From Acidimicrobiales bacterium (GTDB lineage Bacteria > Actinomycetota > Acidimicrobiia > Acidimicrobiales > DATDAH01): 64,000 nt of DNA. Each line of letters starts with the position of its first letter. Position 1 is the stretch's first letter. This document shows, one piece after another, positions 1-9,450 of this stretch. Below the pieces are notes generated by a model. That model ran no database searches and was not told the DNA's origin. It saw only the letters and a list, made by a program, of their open reading frames with translations. The position numbers and the translations under genes were made by a program. The DNA lies in the NCBI GenBank assembly GCA_016794585.1, contig JAEUJM010000043.1, positions 182,847 through 246,846 on the forward strand, given 5' to 3'.

Positions 1-353
<353 letters not shown>

Positions 354-375
354 TACCTGGGGTTTCTGAGAATAC

Positions 376-406
376 TTGACCTTCGGGGTCGGGATTCTCC
401 TACACT
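376..406 (+). promoter_or_regulatory. Candidate SigA-type promoter for sirA-cysH (TTGACC, 19-nt spacer, TACACT)
   Basis: TTGACC is at 376-381 and TACACT at 401-406, in the 95-nt gap between the DAHP synthase stop and the first plausible sirA start. The TTG at 376 that the ORF tool uses as a start is the -35 hexamer itself. Confidence 0.3.
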
Positions 407-447
407 CCCTCGAATACCTGAGCGATCCGCTCGGGTTTTCGACCCTC

Positions 448-2235
448 GTGGAGGCCCCACCCGTGCTCCCGCACGCCGAGATCGACCCGGCGATGTCCGC
501 GGACATCGCCAAGTTCGAAGCGCAGCTCGCCCGGTACCAGGCCGGCGACCTCCCCGAGGACGTCTTCCGGGTCTTCCGCCTGAACAACGGCATCTACGGC
601 CAGCGCCAGGGCGGCACCAACCAGATGGTGCGGGTCAAGATCCCCTACGGCTCGATGCTGCCCGAGCAGCTCGACATGATGGGCCGCCTGGCCGACGAGC
701 ACTCTCGGGGCTGGGGCCACCTCACCACCCGCCAGAACGTGCAGTTCCACTTCGTCGAGCTGACCGAGGTGCCCGAGGTCATGCGCAAGCTCGCCTCGGT
801 GGGCATGACCACCCGGGAAGCCTGCGGCGACACGGTCCGCACCGTGCAGGGCTGCCACCTGGCCGGTGCCTGCCCGAAGGAGGCCCTCGACATCAGCCCC
901 TGGGCGGAGGCGGCGCACCGGCACTTCCTGCGCAACCCCCTCGCCCAGCGCCTCCCCCGCAAGTTCAAGATCAACTTTTCCGGCTGCGCCACCGACTGCG
1001 GCCAGGCCATGTTCAACGACGTGGGAGTCATCGCCACCACGCGCACGCTCGAGGACGGCTCGGTCGAGGCGGGTTTTCGCGTCTTCCTCGCCGGGGGCCT
1101 CGGCGCCACCCCGCACCCCGCGCTCGCGCTCGAGCCCTTCACGCCCCGGGAGGAGCTGCTCGCCACCCTCGAGGCGGTCCTGCGGGTGTTCTCCAACCAC
1201 GCCAACCGGGACAACAAGCTGCGCGCCCGCCTCAAGTGGCTCGTCGACACCATGGGGTGGGACGAGCTCCAGGCCCGCGTGTTGAAGGAGCGGGCCTTCC
1301 TCGTGGCGTCCTCCTCCTGGCCCGGTGGCGTTCCCGCCATCGTCGAGAAGCTGGGTGACGACCCCGCCGGCCTGGCTCCCGGGGCCACTGCACCGACCAT
1401 CGGACAGGGCACGCCCGTGACCATCCGCAGCGGCGACCAGCGCGACCGCTGGCACCAGGCCAACGTCGTGCGGGGCGCGGCCAAGGGCACGGTGTCTGCC
1501 TACGCCTGGAGCCGCCTGGGCGACGTGACCGCCGACCAGTTCCGGGCGCTCGCCGCCATCCAGCGCGAGCTCGGGGCCGAGGTCCGGGTCACGAATCGCC
1601 AGAACTTCGTGTTCCGGGGCCTCTCGGAGTCGCAGCTCGACACGCTCTACGAGCGCCTCGAGGTCATCGGCATGGCCCAGCCCGGGGCCGAGCTCACCCG
1701 GGACGTCGTCGCCTGTCCGGGCGCCGACACCTGCAACCTGGCCGTGACACAGTCCCGTGGCCTCGCCGACGAGATCGGCCGGCGCCTCGAAGAGGAGGGC
1801 CTCGCCGAGATCGGCGGCGTGCGCACCAACATCTCCGGCTGCACCAACTCGTGCGGCCAGCACCACGCCTCGGACATCGGCTTCTTCGGGGCCGAGCGCC
1901 GTGCCCACGGCAAGGCCGCCCCCGGCTACCAGATGCTCCTCGGCGGCTACGTCGGCGAGGAGCGCATCGAGTTCGGCCAGAAGGCGCTGCGCCTCCCGGC
2001 CAAGAACGCCCCCGAGGCCGCGGTGCGGGTCGTGCGTCGCTACGCCGGTGAGCGTGAGGCGGGTGAGGCCTTCCAGAGCTGGCTGGCCCGCGTCGGCGGC
2101 GTCGACGAGGTCCGCAAGGATCTGCTCGACCTCGACTGGTTCCCCGAGCCCGAGGACGGCCCCGAGTACTACGTGGACTACGGCGAGACCGGGCCCTACG
2201 TGGCCGAGGTCGGTGACTCGGAGTGCGCGACCTGA
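448..2235 (+). CDS. sirA: Ferredoxin-dependent sulfite/nitrite reductase hemoprotein (siroheme + 4Fe-4S), SirA/NirA family
   Basis: Duplicated nitrite/sulfite reductase ferredoxin-like halves. Cluster-ligand motifs CPGADTCNLA and SGCTNSCGQH are present. The gene is followed and overlapped by cysH, as in the mycobacterial sirA-cysH operon. Start is set at GTG 448, downstream of the predicted promoter. ATG 493 is an alternative. TTG 376 is rejected. Confidence 0.8.
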   Translation: MEAPPVLPHAEIDPAMSADIAKFEAQLARYQAGDLPEDVFRVFRLNNGIYGQRQGGTNQMVRVKIPYGSMLPEQLDMMGRLADEHSRGWGHLTTRQNVQFHFVELTEVPEVMRKLASVGMTTREACGDTVRTVQGCHLAGACPKEALDISPWAEAAHRHFLRNPLAQRLPRKFKINFSGCATDCGQAMFNDVGVIATTRTLEDGSVEAGFRVFLAGGLGATPHPALALEPFTPREELLATLEAVLRVFSNHANRDNKLRARLKWLVDTMGWDELQARVLKERAFLVASSSWPGGVPAIVEKLGDDPAGLAPGATAPTIGQGTPVTIRSGDQRDRWHQANVVRGAAKGTVSAYAWSRLGDVTADQFRALAAIQRELGAEVRVTNRQNFVFRGLSESQLDTLYERLEVIGMAQPGAELTRDVVACPGADTCNLAVTQSRGLADEIGRRLEEEGLAEIGGVRTNISGCTNSCGQHHASDIGFFGAERRAHGKAAPGYQMLLGGYVGEERIEFGQKALRLPAKNAPEAAVRVVRRYAGEREAGEAFQSWLARVGGVDEVRKDLLDLDWFPEPEDGPEYYVDYGETGPYVAEVGDSECAT

Positions 2236-2921
2236 TGGCCTTCGATCCCGTCGGCCTCGACGTCCCCTCCTTCTCCGACGACGAGCTCGCCGACCTCAAC
2301 CGCGAGTTCGAGGGCCTGCCCGCCAGCAAGATCATCCAGTGGGCGGTCGACTGCTTCGCGCCCTACCTGTGCATGACGGCCTCGATGACCGACGCCGTGC
2401 TCATCGACCTGGCGGTGAAGGTGGACCCTGCCATCGAGGTCGTCTTCATCGACACCGGCTACCACTTCCCCGAGACGCTCCAGACCGTCGAGGACGTGCG
2501 CCGGCGCTACGGCCTGAACATGCGCATCATGACCGTCGCCCACCACGCGGAAGAGCTCTGGAAGCTCGACCCCGAGAACTGCTGCTCGGCCATCAAGGTG
2601 GGACAGCTCGACCGGGCCCTCGCCGGCAAGGCCGCGTGGATGAGCGGCCTGCGCCGCGTCGAGGCCGCCAGTCGGGACTCCGCACCCATCGTGGTCCGTG
2701 ACCTGCGTGGGCTGGTCAAGGTGAACCCCATCGCGACCTGGACCGACGACGACGTCGCCGGCTACATCGCCGACCACGACGTGCCCCAGAACCCGCTCGT
2801 GGACCAGGGCTACCTGTCGATCGGCTGCGAGCCGTGCACCAAGCCGGTCGCTCCCGGCGACGACCCCCGGTCCGGACGATGGGCCGGACGCGACCGCACC
2901 GAGTGCGGCCTGCACGTCTGA
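2235..2921 (+). CDS. cysH: Phosphoadenosine-phosphosulfate / adenylyl-sulfate reductase (thioredoxin-dependent), CysH family with Fe-S cysteines
   Basis: Contains PAPS-reductase-fold motifs (VFIDTGYHFPET), a CC...CEPC cysteine cluster and the C-terminal ECGLH motif typical of APS reductases. ATG 2235 overlaps the sirA TGA stop (TGATG), indicating translational coupling. Confidence 0.85.
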   Translation: MAFDPVGLDVPSFSDDELADLNREFEGLPASKIIQWAVDCFAPYLCMTASMTDAVLIDLAVKVDPAIEVVFIDTGYHFPETLQTVEDVRRRYGLNMRIMTVAHHAEELWKLDPENCCSAIKVGQLDRALAGKAAWMSGLRRVEAASRDSAPIVVRDLRGLVKVNPIATWTDDDVAGYIADHDVPQNPLVDQGYLSIGCEPCTKPVAPGDDPRSGRWAGRDRTECGLHV

Positions 2922-2960
2922 GCCCACCCGCGGTGCCGCCGCTCGGCGAGCTCGAGCCGA

Positions 2961-3830
2961 TCAGCCGAACGGCGTGTCGTCGGTGCGCGCCGGACGGGCC
3001 CCGGACGGCGTGAAGCGCACCAGCCCGTGGCTGGGGCCGCCGACCGCGCCGGACGAGTCCGTCACGCGGGACCCCGCGGCCTCGTCGAAGTGGTACAGGC
3101 CCACCGTCGCCGAGTCGGCGACAAACGGCGCCGTCGGTCGGGCGAAGGCAGTGCGGTACCGCCGGATGGAGGAGACCCGCAGCTCGTCGAGGCGGCCCGC
3201 GAACGAGGGGTAGGCCGCGCCGACGTCGTGCTTCTCCGCCCCGATCACCAGGTAGGGATCGGCCGGTCGTGCGCCGGTCGTCCCGTCGGGGTAGGAGAGG
3301 TCGCCCGCCGGGCCCACGCCATCGGCCCGGCGCACCCCGTCGACCCAGATCTGAAGATGATCGGCGCCGGTGCGCTCCACCGCCACGTGGTGCCAGCGCC
3401 CGTCGAGCACGCCGTCGCCGGGGAGGTCGGTGCACACCGTCGAAGCCGCGCCGGTGCCGTCCTGCGCGCCGAAGGCGACGTCCCCGTAGCGGTCGACGGA
3501 GACCCCGAAGTCCCGCCCGTCGGGCCCGCTGAACGGGAAGCGGTCGCGGTCCACCACCACGTGCCCGCCGATCCACCCGTAGGCACCGGCGCCGCACGCC
3601 ACGACCCCGGACGGGTTGTTGGACCGCCAGCCCCGCATCCACCACTCGATGGTGAAGGCTCCGGCGCCGACGTCGACGGGGCGGGCTGGGGCGTCGAGCG
3701 CGATCTCGACCCGGTCGGCCCGACCCGACCCGGTCCCGAAGAAGCGCAGCGACCGGCCGGCGTCGCAACCCGTCATCGCGAGCATCAGCAGCACGACGAG
3801 AAGCCAGAAGGCGCGAACACGGCGTGACAC
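2961..3830 (-). CDS. Lipoprotein with LamG/concanavalin-A-like (laminin G) domain
   Basis: N-terminal signal peptide with lipobox LAMTGC. The remainder is rich in beta-strand G/D/W residues (FTIEWWMRGW..., GRLDELRVSS) typical of LamG-like jelly-roll domains. Codon bias is consistent with coding. Confidence 0.55.
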   Translation of the reverse strand: MSRRVRAFWLLVVLLMLAMTGCDAGRSLRFFGTGSGRADRVEIALDAPARPVDVGAGAFTIEWWMRGWRSNNPSGVVACGAGAYGWIGGHVVVDRDRFPFSGPDGRDFGVSVDRYGDVAFGAQDGTGAASTVCTDLPGDGVLDGRWHHVAVERTGADHLQIWVDGVRRADGVGPAGDLSYPDGTTGARPADPYLVIGAEKHDVGAAYPSFAGRLDELRVSSIRRYRTAFARPTAPFVADSATVGLYHFDEAAGSRVTDSSGAVGGPSHGLVRFTPSGARPARTDDTPFG

Positions 3831-3898
3831 GCACCCAGTATCGACGCCCGTGCGGCCGGCCTGAGGGAGCCTCCTCGCCCGGCAGTAGCCTCGGCGCC

Positions 3899-4762
3899 GT
3901 GACCGACCGGGCGCCCGACGACCACATCCCCACCCGCCTCCTCGTGATGGGCATGGCGGGCCAGGACGGCAGCATCGTGGCCAGCGAGGTCGAGCCCGTG
4001 GCCGAGGCCTGCGGCCAGACCCGTGAGCAGGTGCGGGCCGAGCTCGCCCTGATCGTCGACGAAGGTCTCTTCGCCACCGAGGACGGCGACCGCTACTCCC
4101 CCACCCCGGCGGGCCGGGCCTTCCTCGACTCCGCGCTCGAGCGGGCGCGCCTCGCCTACGTCCAGGACGCCGCCGGGCGGGGCTGGGACCGGCGCTGGCA
4201 CCTCGTCGCCGTGGCCCCGGTGGACGACGAGAGCGTGGCCGCCTTCGTGCGCCGCCTGTTCGCCCTCGGTGCCGGGCAGATCCAGAACGGCCTCTACGTG
4301 TCCCCCCACTCGTGGGAGTCGGTCGTGACCGCCGAGGCCGAGCGCCTCGGGGTGGCCGACGCGGTCACCACGGCCGTCACCGACGAGCTCGAGATCGGCG
4401 GCGAGCGAGATCCCCGCACCCTTGCCGGCCGCCTCTGGGCGCTCGACGACCTCGCCCGCCGGTACCAGGGTTTCATCGAGCGCTACAAGGAGGTGCCCGA
4501 GGCCCTCACCGACATGCGCAGCCGACAGGAGCGGCTCACCGAGGCCGAGTTCCTCGCCGGCGCGCTCACCACGGTGATCGACTTCGAGGCCTGCTTCAGC
4601 CGCGACCCGCTGCTTCCGCCCGAACTGCTCCCCCGCCCGTGGCCGGGCCGGGAGGCCCGCGAGCTGGTGAACCGGGGCCGCCGCCTCGGCGTGCTCGCCC
4701 GCGAGCGCCACGAGCGCCCGGCGCTGTTCTCCTTGTTCGAAGAGGTCATCGACCGGCTCTGA
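3899..4762 (+). CDS. PaaX-family transcriptional regulator (phenylacetic acid catabolism repressor-like)
   Basis: N-terminus PTRLLVMGMAGQDGS resembles the PaaX winged-helix start. The C-terminal PaaX_C-like region has the motifs RYQGFIERYKEV and FLAGALTTVIDFEA. Start is moved to GTG 3899, because ATG 3824 would overlap the divergent lipoprotein start. Confidence 0.55.
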   Translation: MTDRAPDDHIPTRLLVMGMAGQDGSIVASEVEPVAEACGQTREQVRAELALIVDEGLFATEDGDRYSPTPAGRAFLDSALERARLAYVQDAAGRGWDRRWHLVAVAPVDDESVAAFVRRLFALGAGQIQNGLYVSPHSWESVVTAEAERLGVADAVTTAVTDELEIGGERDPRTLAGRLWALDDLARRYQGFIERYKEVPEALTDMRSRQERLTEAEFLAGALTTVIDFEACFSRDPLLPPELLPRPWPGREARELVNRGRRLGVLARERHERPALFSLFEEVIDRL

Positions 4763-4800
4763 CCCGAGCGAGCGGCCCGCCACCACGACAAGCTGGTGGG

Positions 4801-6597
4801 GTGAGCCCTTCCCGCATCGAGGACTACGCGATGCTCGGCGACACCGAGACCGCTGCGCTGGTGGGCAAGGACGGGTCCATCGACTGGCTCTGCACCCCGC
4901 GCTTCGACTCGGCCGCCTGCTTCGCCGCCCTGCTGGGTGACGAGCACAACGGCCGATGGCAGCTGGCGCCGGCCACCGAGGTCCTCCGCGTCGAGCGCGC
5001 CTACCGGCCGGGCACCCTGATCCTGGAGACCGTGTTCCACACCGCCGAGGGGTCGGCGGCGCTGATCGACTTCATGGTGCCCCGCGACGAGCGCCCCAAC
5101 CTGATCCGCATCGTCGAAGGCCGCAGCGGTCGGGTCCCGATGGTCATGGACCTGCGCATGCGCTTCGACTATGGCTCGATCGTCCCCTGGGTCCGTCAGG
5201 ACCACGGCCGGCTGCTGGCCGTGGCGGGGCCCGACGGGCTCTGCCTCGACACTCCCGTCGAGACCCACGGCATGGACCACCGCACCGAGGCCCGCTTCTC
5301 GGTCGGGCCCGGGGACACGGTCCCCTTCGAGCTCGCCACGTTCCCCTCCCACCTCCCACCGGAGCCGGCGCCCGACGTCCACGCCGCCTTGGACTACACG
5401 CAGCGCTGGTGGCAGTCCTGGAGCGGCCGCAACACCTACCGGGGCGAGTGGTCCGACGTGGTGCACGATTCGCTCGTCGTGCTCAAGGGCCTCACCTTCG
5501 GCCCCACCGGTGGGATCGCAGCCGCCGCCACCACCTCGCTGCCCGAGGTCCTCGGCGGCGTGCGCAACTGGGACTACCGGTACTGCTGGCTGCGCGACGC
5601 CACCTTCACCCTCATGACCCTGCTCAGCGCCGGCTACGTCGACGAGGCGTCGGCGTGGCGGGAGTGGCTCATGCGGGCCGTCGCCGGCGAGCCCGACAAG
5701 CTCCAGATCATGTACGGCGTGGCCGGTGAACGCCGCCTGACCGAGTACGAGGTCCCCTGGCTGGCCGGCCACGAGGGCTCGGCGCCCGTTCGGGTGGGGA
5801 ACGCCGCCAGCGACCAGTTCCAGCTCGACGTGTTCGGCGAGGTGCTCGACGCGACCCACCAGGCCCGTGTCGCGGGACTGGCCGAGGGCCACGAGTCGTG
5901 GGAGCTCGAGAAGGTGCTCATGGACTTCCTCGAAGGCTGCTGGAACGAACCCGACGAGGGCATCTGGGAGGTCCGCGGTGGTCGCCGGCACTTCACCCAC
6001 TCGAAGGTGATGGCCTGGGTCGCGGCCGATCGAGCGGCTCTCGCGGTCGAGCGCTTCGGCCTGGACGGGCCCGTGGAGCGCTGGCGGCGCCTTGCCGAGG
6101 AGATCCGAGACGACGTGCTGGCCCACGGGGTCCGAACCGACGGCGCGTTCCGCCAGGCCTACGGGAGCGACGCGCTGGACGCGAGCCTCCTCCTGGTGCC
6201 CTTGGTGGGGTTCCTCCCAGCCGCCGACGAGCGTGTCCGGGCCACGGTCGAGGCAATCGAGCGGGAGCTCACCGACGACGGTTTCGTCCTCCGCTACCGC
6301 ACAGAGCACACCGCCGACGGCCTGCCGGGCAAGGAGGGTGCGTTCCTCCTCTGCACCTTCTGGCTGGCCGACTGCCTCGAGTTGCTCGGGCGTCGCGCCG
6401 ACGCCCGGGCGCTCTACGAGAAGCTGCTCGGGCTCCGCAACGACGTGGGCCTGCTCTCCGAGGAGTACGACCCGTCCACCGGCCGACTGCTCGGCAACTT
6501 CCCCCAAGCGTTCTCCCACGTCTCGCTGGTCAACACCGCCATGAACCTCAGCACGGCCGGTGGCGGCGCCGCCGCTCACCGCTCCCAGCGGGCCTGA
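4801..6597 (+). CDS. Glycoside hydrolase family 15 protein (glucoamylase/trehalase-like)
   Basis: N-terminus IEDYAMLGDTETAALVGKDGSIDWLCTPRFDSAACFAALLG is the GH15 signature. The C-terminal (alpha/alpha)6 barrel region is also recognisable. The ORF tool start at 4312 runs through the end of paaX. GTG 4801 is the first start compatible with the family N-terminus. Confidence 0.8.
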   Translation: MSPSRIEDYAMLGDTETAALVGKDGSIDWLCTPRFDSAACFAALLGDEHNGRWQLAPATEVLRVERAYRPGTLILETVFHTAEGSAALIDFMVPRDERPNLIRIVEGRSGRVPMVMDLRMRFDYGSIVPWVRQDHGRLLAVAGPDGLCLDTPVETHGMDHRTEARFSVGPGDTVPFELATFPSHLPPEPAPDVHAALDYTQRWWQSWSGRNTYRGEWSDVVHDSLVVLKGLTFGPTGGIAAAATTSLPEVLGGVRNWDYRYCWLRDATFTLMTLLSAGYVDEASAWREWLMRAVAGEPDKLQIMYGVAGERRLTEYEVPWLAGHEGSAPVRVGNAASDQFQLDVFGEVLDATHQARVAGLAEGHESWELEKVLMDFLEGCWNEPDEGIWEVRGGRRHFTHSKVMAWVAADRAALAVERFGLDGPVERWRRLAEEIRDDVLAHGVRTDGAFRQAYGSDALDASLLLVPLVGFLPAADERVRATVEAIERELTDDGFVLRYRTEHTADGLPGKEGAFLLCTFWLADCLELLGRRADARALYEKLLGLRNDVGLLSEEYDPSTGRLLGNFPQAFSHVSLVNTAMNLSTAGGGAAAHRSQRA

Positions 6598-6612
6598 CCG
6601 GGCCGGCGCCGT

Positions 6613-8067
6613 TCAGGCGAGGCGCTCGACGAAGCCTTCGAGCTGCCGCAGGTTGCGGCACTCGTAGACGCCGTCGCAGTGGATGCCGTACTCGCTGACG
6701 ATCGAGTCGCCGGTGTCCCAGTAGGAGCGGGGCTCGGGGTTCAGCCAGAAGACGTGACGGGCCTTCTGGCGGATCTCCTTGATGACCCACGACTGCGAGG
6801 AGTGGTAGTTGTTCCGAGCGTCGCCGAGGATCATGACGGACGTCTTCGGCCCGACGTCCTTGCCGTACTCCTTCCAGAACACCTCGAAGGCGTGCCCGTA
6901 GTCGGAGTGGCCGTCCACCCAGACCACGTCGGCCTCGGTGTTGACCCGGTGCACCGCGTCGGCGATGTCCTCCACGCCCTCGAAGAAGCGGGTGACCTCG
7001 TCGAGCCCGTCGATGAACACGAAGGCCCGCACCTTCGAGAACTGGCTGCTGATGGCGTAGACGAGGTGCAGGGTGAAGCGGGCGAACGCCGCCACGGACC
7101 CCGAGATGTCGGCGATGACCATGATCTCGGGCTTCGCCGGGCGGGGGAAGCGGAACTTGGGCTCGGCGGGGACCCCGCCGTAGCTGAGCGAGTGGCGCAC
7201 GGTGTTGCGGAAGTCGAGCGGGCCCTTGCGTCCGTGACGCCGCTTGCGGGCGAGGCGCACGGCCAGACGGCGGGTCAGCGGGTAGATGGCCTTGCGCAGG
7301 TTGGCCATCTCCTCCCGGCTGGCGTGCATGAAGTCGACGTCCTCGGGCAGCGGCTTGCGCAGCGTCTTCGCCATCGCCTCGACGCCGCGGTCGGCCACGA
7401 GGCGCCGACGGATCTCCGCCTCGACCTCCTGCTTCAGCTGCTCGAGCCGGTGCTGGTACTCGTCGGCCTCGAGGCGCTCCTCCAGGGGGCTCAACGGTTC
7501 GGGCGACTCCTCGCGGGAGTGCTCCATGAGCCGCTCGAAGAGGTTGTCGAGATCGAGGTTCCGCAGCGTGCGGTAGAGGTAGTAGGTACCGCCGACGGGG
7601 CGGCCCGGCTCCATACCCGCGAAGCGCTCGACCGCCTGGCGGGCGATGGCGCGCATCATCGCCTCGTCGCCCCGCATCAGGGCCCGGTAGAGCATCTCGG
7701 CGAGCTCGTCGTTGCTCATGCGCCCGCCGGCGCCGCCCTGGCCCTGCATCGGCTGGTCGCCGGCGTCGGCGTCGCCGGCGGCGCCGTCGCGCTCGTCGTC
7801 GTCGCCCTGGTCGATCAGGTACTCCTTGCCCCGCAGCGAGAAGTAGACCTCGAAGACCGTCTCGAACGACCGCCAGTGGGCGTTGTTCTTCACCAGCGTG
7901 GCCGCCAGCGCGTACTTGAAGGCCTCACGATCCTCGAGGGGGATGTGCTTGATGGCCTCCATCGCGTCGAGGTTCTCGGTGAGGCTGACCGGCAGGCCGG
8001 CCTCGCGCAGCTCCTGGATGAACCCCGCGAGGAGCTCGAGCATCGGCGAGGGCGCGACGACGCTCAC
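6613..8067 (-). CDS. vWA domain-containing CoxE-like protein (partner of MoxR ATPase)
   Basis: The N-terminus MLELLAGFIQELREAGLPVS and the C-terminal vWA fold (IMVIADISGSV... MILGDARNN) match the VWA_CoxE family. The gene lies immediately downstream of a MoxR ATPase on the same strand. Confidence 0.8.
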   Translation of the reverse strand: MSVVAPSPMLELLAGFIQELREAGLPVSLTENLDAMEAIKHIPLEDREAFKYALAATLVKNNAHWRSFETVFEVYFSLRGKEYLIDQGDDDERDGAAGDADAGDQPMQGQGGAGGRMSNDELAEMLYRALMRGDEAMMRAIARQAVERFAGMEPGRPVGGTYYLYRTLRNLDLDNLFERLMEHSREESPEPLSPLEERLEADEYQHRLEQLKQEVEAEIRRRLVADRGVEAMAKTLRKPLPEDVDFMHASREEMANLRKAIYPLTRRLAVRLARKRRHGRKGPLDFRNTVRHSLSYGGVPAEPKFRFPRPAKPEIMVIADISGSVAAFARFTLHLVYAISSQFSKVRAFVFIDGLDEVTRFFEGVEDIADAVHRVNTEADVVWVDGHSDYGHAFEVFWKEYGKDVGPKTSVMILGDARNNYHSSQSWVIKEIRQKARHVFWLNPEPRSYWDTGDSIVSEYGIHCDGVYECRNLRQLEGFVERLA

Positions 8068-8152
8068 CTTTGCGCCTCCTCCGTCGGCGCCCCTTCGGGA
8101 TCCGGTCGGGCGATCGGCGCTGCCCCGCTCCGCTCCGCAGCCTCCATCACGG

Positions 8153-9067
8153 TCAGCTCTTCTGCGAGGAGGGGGTCTTGCCGCCCCGCACCCAGGCCTG
8201 GCCGTCGCCGCCGAACTCCTTGATGGCCTTGGCGATGTCGGTCTGGTACTTCAGCAGGATGTTGATGGTCTCGGTGGCCTGCGCCTCGTCGACCTGCTCG
8301 ATGCCGAGCAGGACGAGGGTGCGGGCCCAGTCGAGGGTCTCCGACACCGAAGGCGACTTCTTCAGCTCGAGCTGGCGGATGGAGCGCACGATGCGGGCGA
8401 CCTGGTCGGCCAGGCTCTCGGTGATGTCCGGCACCTTGGCCAGGACGATCTCCTTCTCGCGCTCGAGGTCCGGGTAGTCGATGTGCAGGAACAGGCACCG
8501 CCGCTTGAGCGCCTCGGACAGCTCACGGGTGTTGTTGGAGGTGAGGAACACGAGCGGGATCTGCCGAGCCGACACCGTGCCCAGCTCGGGGATGGACACC
8601 TGGTAGTCGGAGAGGATCTCGAGGAGCAGCGCCTCGGTCTCGACCTCGACGCGGTCGACCTCGTCGATGAGCAGCACGACCGGATCCTCGGCCCGGATGG
8701 CCTCGAGGAGGGGCCGGGTGAGGAGGAAGTCGTCGGAGAAGATGTCGTCTTCGATGTCGTCCCACGTGCCGTCGGTGTTGCGTTCGGCCTGGATGCGCAG
8801 GAGCTGCTTCTTGTAGTTCCACTCGTACAGCGCCTTGGACTCGTCGAGGCCCTCGTAGCACTGGAGGCGGATGAGGCGCGAACCGGTGATCTCGGCCACC
8901 GACTTGGCGAGCTGCGTCTTGCCGGTACCGGCGGGCCCCTCCACGAGGATGGGCTTCTGGAGCCGGTCGGCCAGGTACACGACGCCGGCGATGCCCTCGT
9001 CGGCGAGGTAGTTGACATCGGCCAGGCTCTCGCGCACCGCCGGGACCGATTCGAATCGGGGTTCCAT
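8153..9067 (-). CDS. MoxR-family AAA+ ATPase
   Basis: Walker A motif LVEGPAGTGKTQLAK. The second half resembles the AAA_3/MoxR family (LIRLQCYEGLDESKALYEWNY..., VLLIDEVDR). Start is set at the internal ATG MEPRFES, which has an AGGGG ribosome-binding site. The upstream extension of the ORF is low-complexity antisense sequence. Confidence 0.85.
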   Translation of the reverse strand: MEPRFESVPAVRESLADVNYLADEGIAGVVYLADRLQKPILVEGPAGTGKTQLAKSVAEITGSRLIRLQCYEGLDESKALYEWNYKKQLLRIQAERNTDGTWDDIEDDIFSDDFLLTRPLLEAIRAEDPVVLLIDEVDRVEVETEALLLEILSDYQVSIPELGTVSARQIPLVFLTSNNTRELSEALKRRCLFLHIDYPDLEREKEIVLAKVPDITESLADQVARIVRSIRQLELKKSPSVSETLDWARTLVLLGIEQVDEAQATETINILLKYQTDIAKAIKEFGGDGQAWVRGGKTPSSQKS

Positions 9068-9205
9068 CCCCTGATCGTACCCACGGTCCTTGACCGCTCG
9101 GTCAAGATTCCGGCACCACGGGCACCACCCGCCCCCACGCGACCGCCCGATACCCCTCCCAACTGGGCCTTGACCGCGCCGGCCGACGGTGCTCGACTCG
9201 CGCCC

Positions 9206-9397
9206 ATGGCCATCACGGACGCAGACATCACCACCGACTGGACGATCGAGCTCGACACCGCGGCCCCCGGCGTGCGCATGGGCGATGACGGCGACGCCTC
9301 CGACGACGCCGATGGCGACGACGGCGGCGACAGCGACGGGACCGACGGCGGCGACAGCGACGGGACCGACGGCGGGGACACCGACGGCGGCGACTGA
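9206..9397 (+). CDS. Small, highly acidic hypothetical protein with a (D-G-x-D) repeat tail
   Basis: A 63-codon ORF MAITDADITTDWTIELDTAAPGVRMGDDGD...DSDGTDGGDSDGTDGGDTDGGD with high GC3. It contains a 24-nt tandem DNA repeat (gacagcgacgggaccgacggcggc, two copies). It is divergent from moxR and directly upstream of the JmjC gene. Confidence 0.35.
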   Translation: MAITDADITTDWTIELDTAAPGVRMGDDGDASDDADGDDGGDSDGTDGGDSDGTDGGDTDGGD

Positions 9398-9450
9398 GCC
9401 CTCACCCTGACCCACCGGGCGCCGACCGAGCGGCCCGACCGAGCCCCTCG

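Noticed and set aside
376-447. TTG 376 start for sirA proposed by the ORF track
   Set aside because: The TTG is the first three bases of a TTGACC -35 hexamer with a matching TACACT -10 box 19 nt downstream. A start codon inside its own promoter is implausible, so GTG 448 (or ATG 493) is preferred.
4312-4800. N-terminal 163-aa extension of the GH15 ORF
   Set aside because: It overlaps the 3' half of the PaaX-like gene in another frame and is Arg/Pro/Gly low-complexity. The GH15 family N-terminus (IEDY.LIGD.ETAALV) begins at GTG 4801.
9068-9415. N-terminal extension of the MoxR ORF (MGQGEGSVAAVGVPAVGPV...)
   Set aside because: This low-complexity G/V/A sequence is the antisense of the (DGxD)n repeat of the small acidic ORF. 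MoxR family proteins start near MEPRFES, which has an AGGGG ribosome-binding site.
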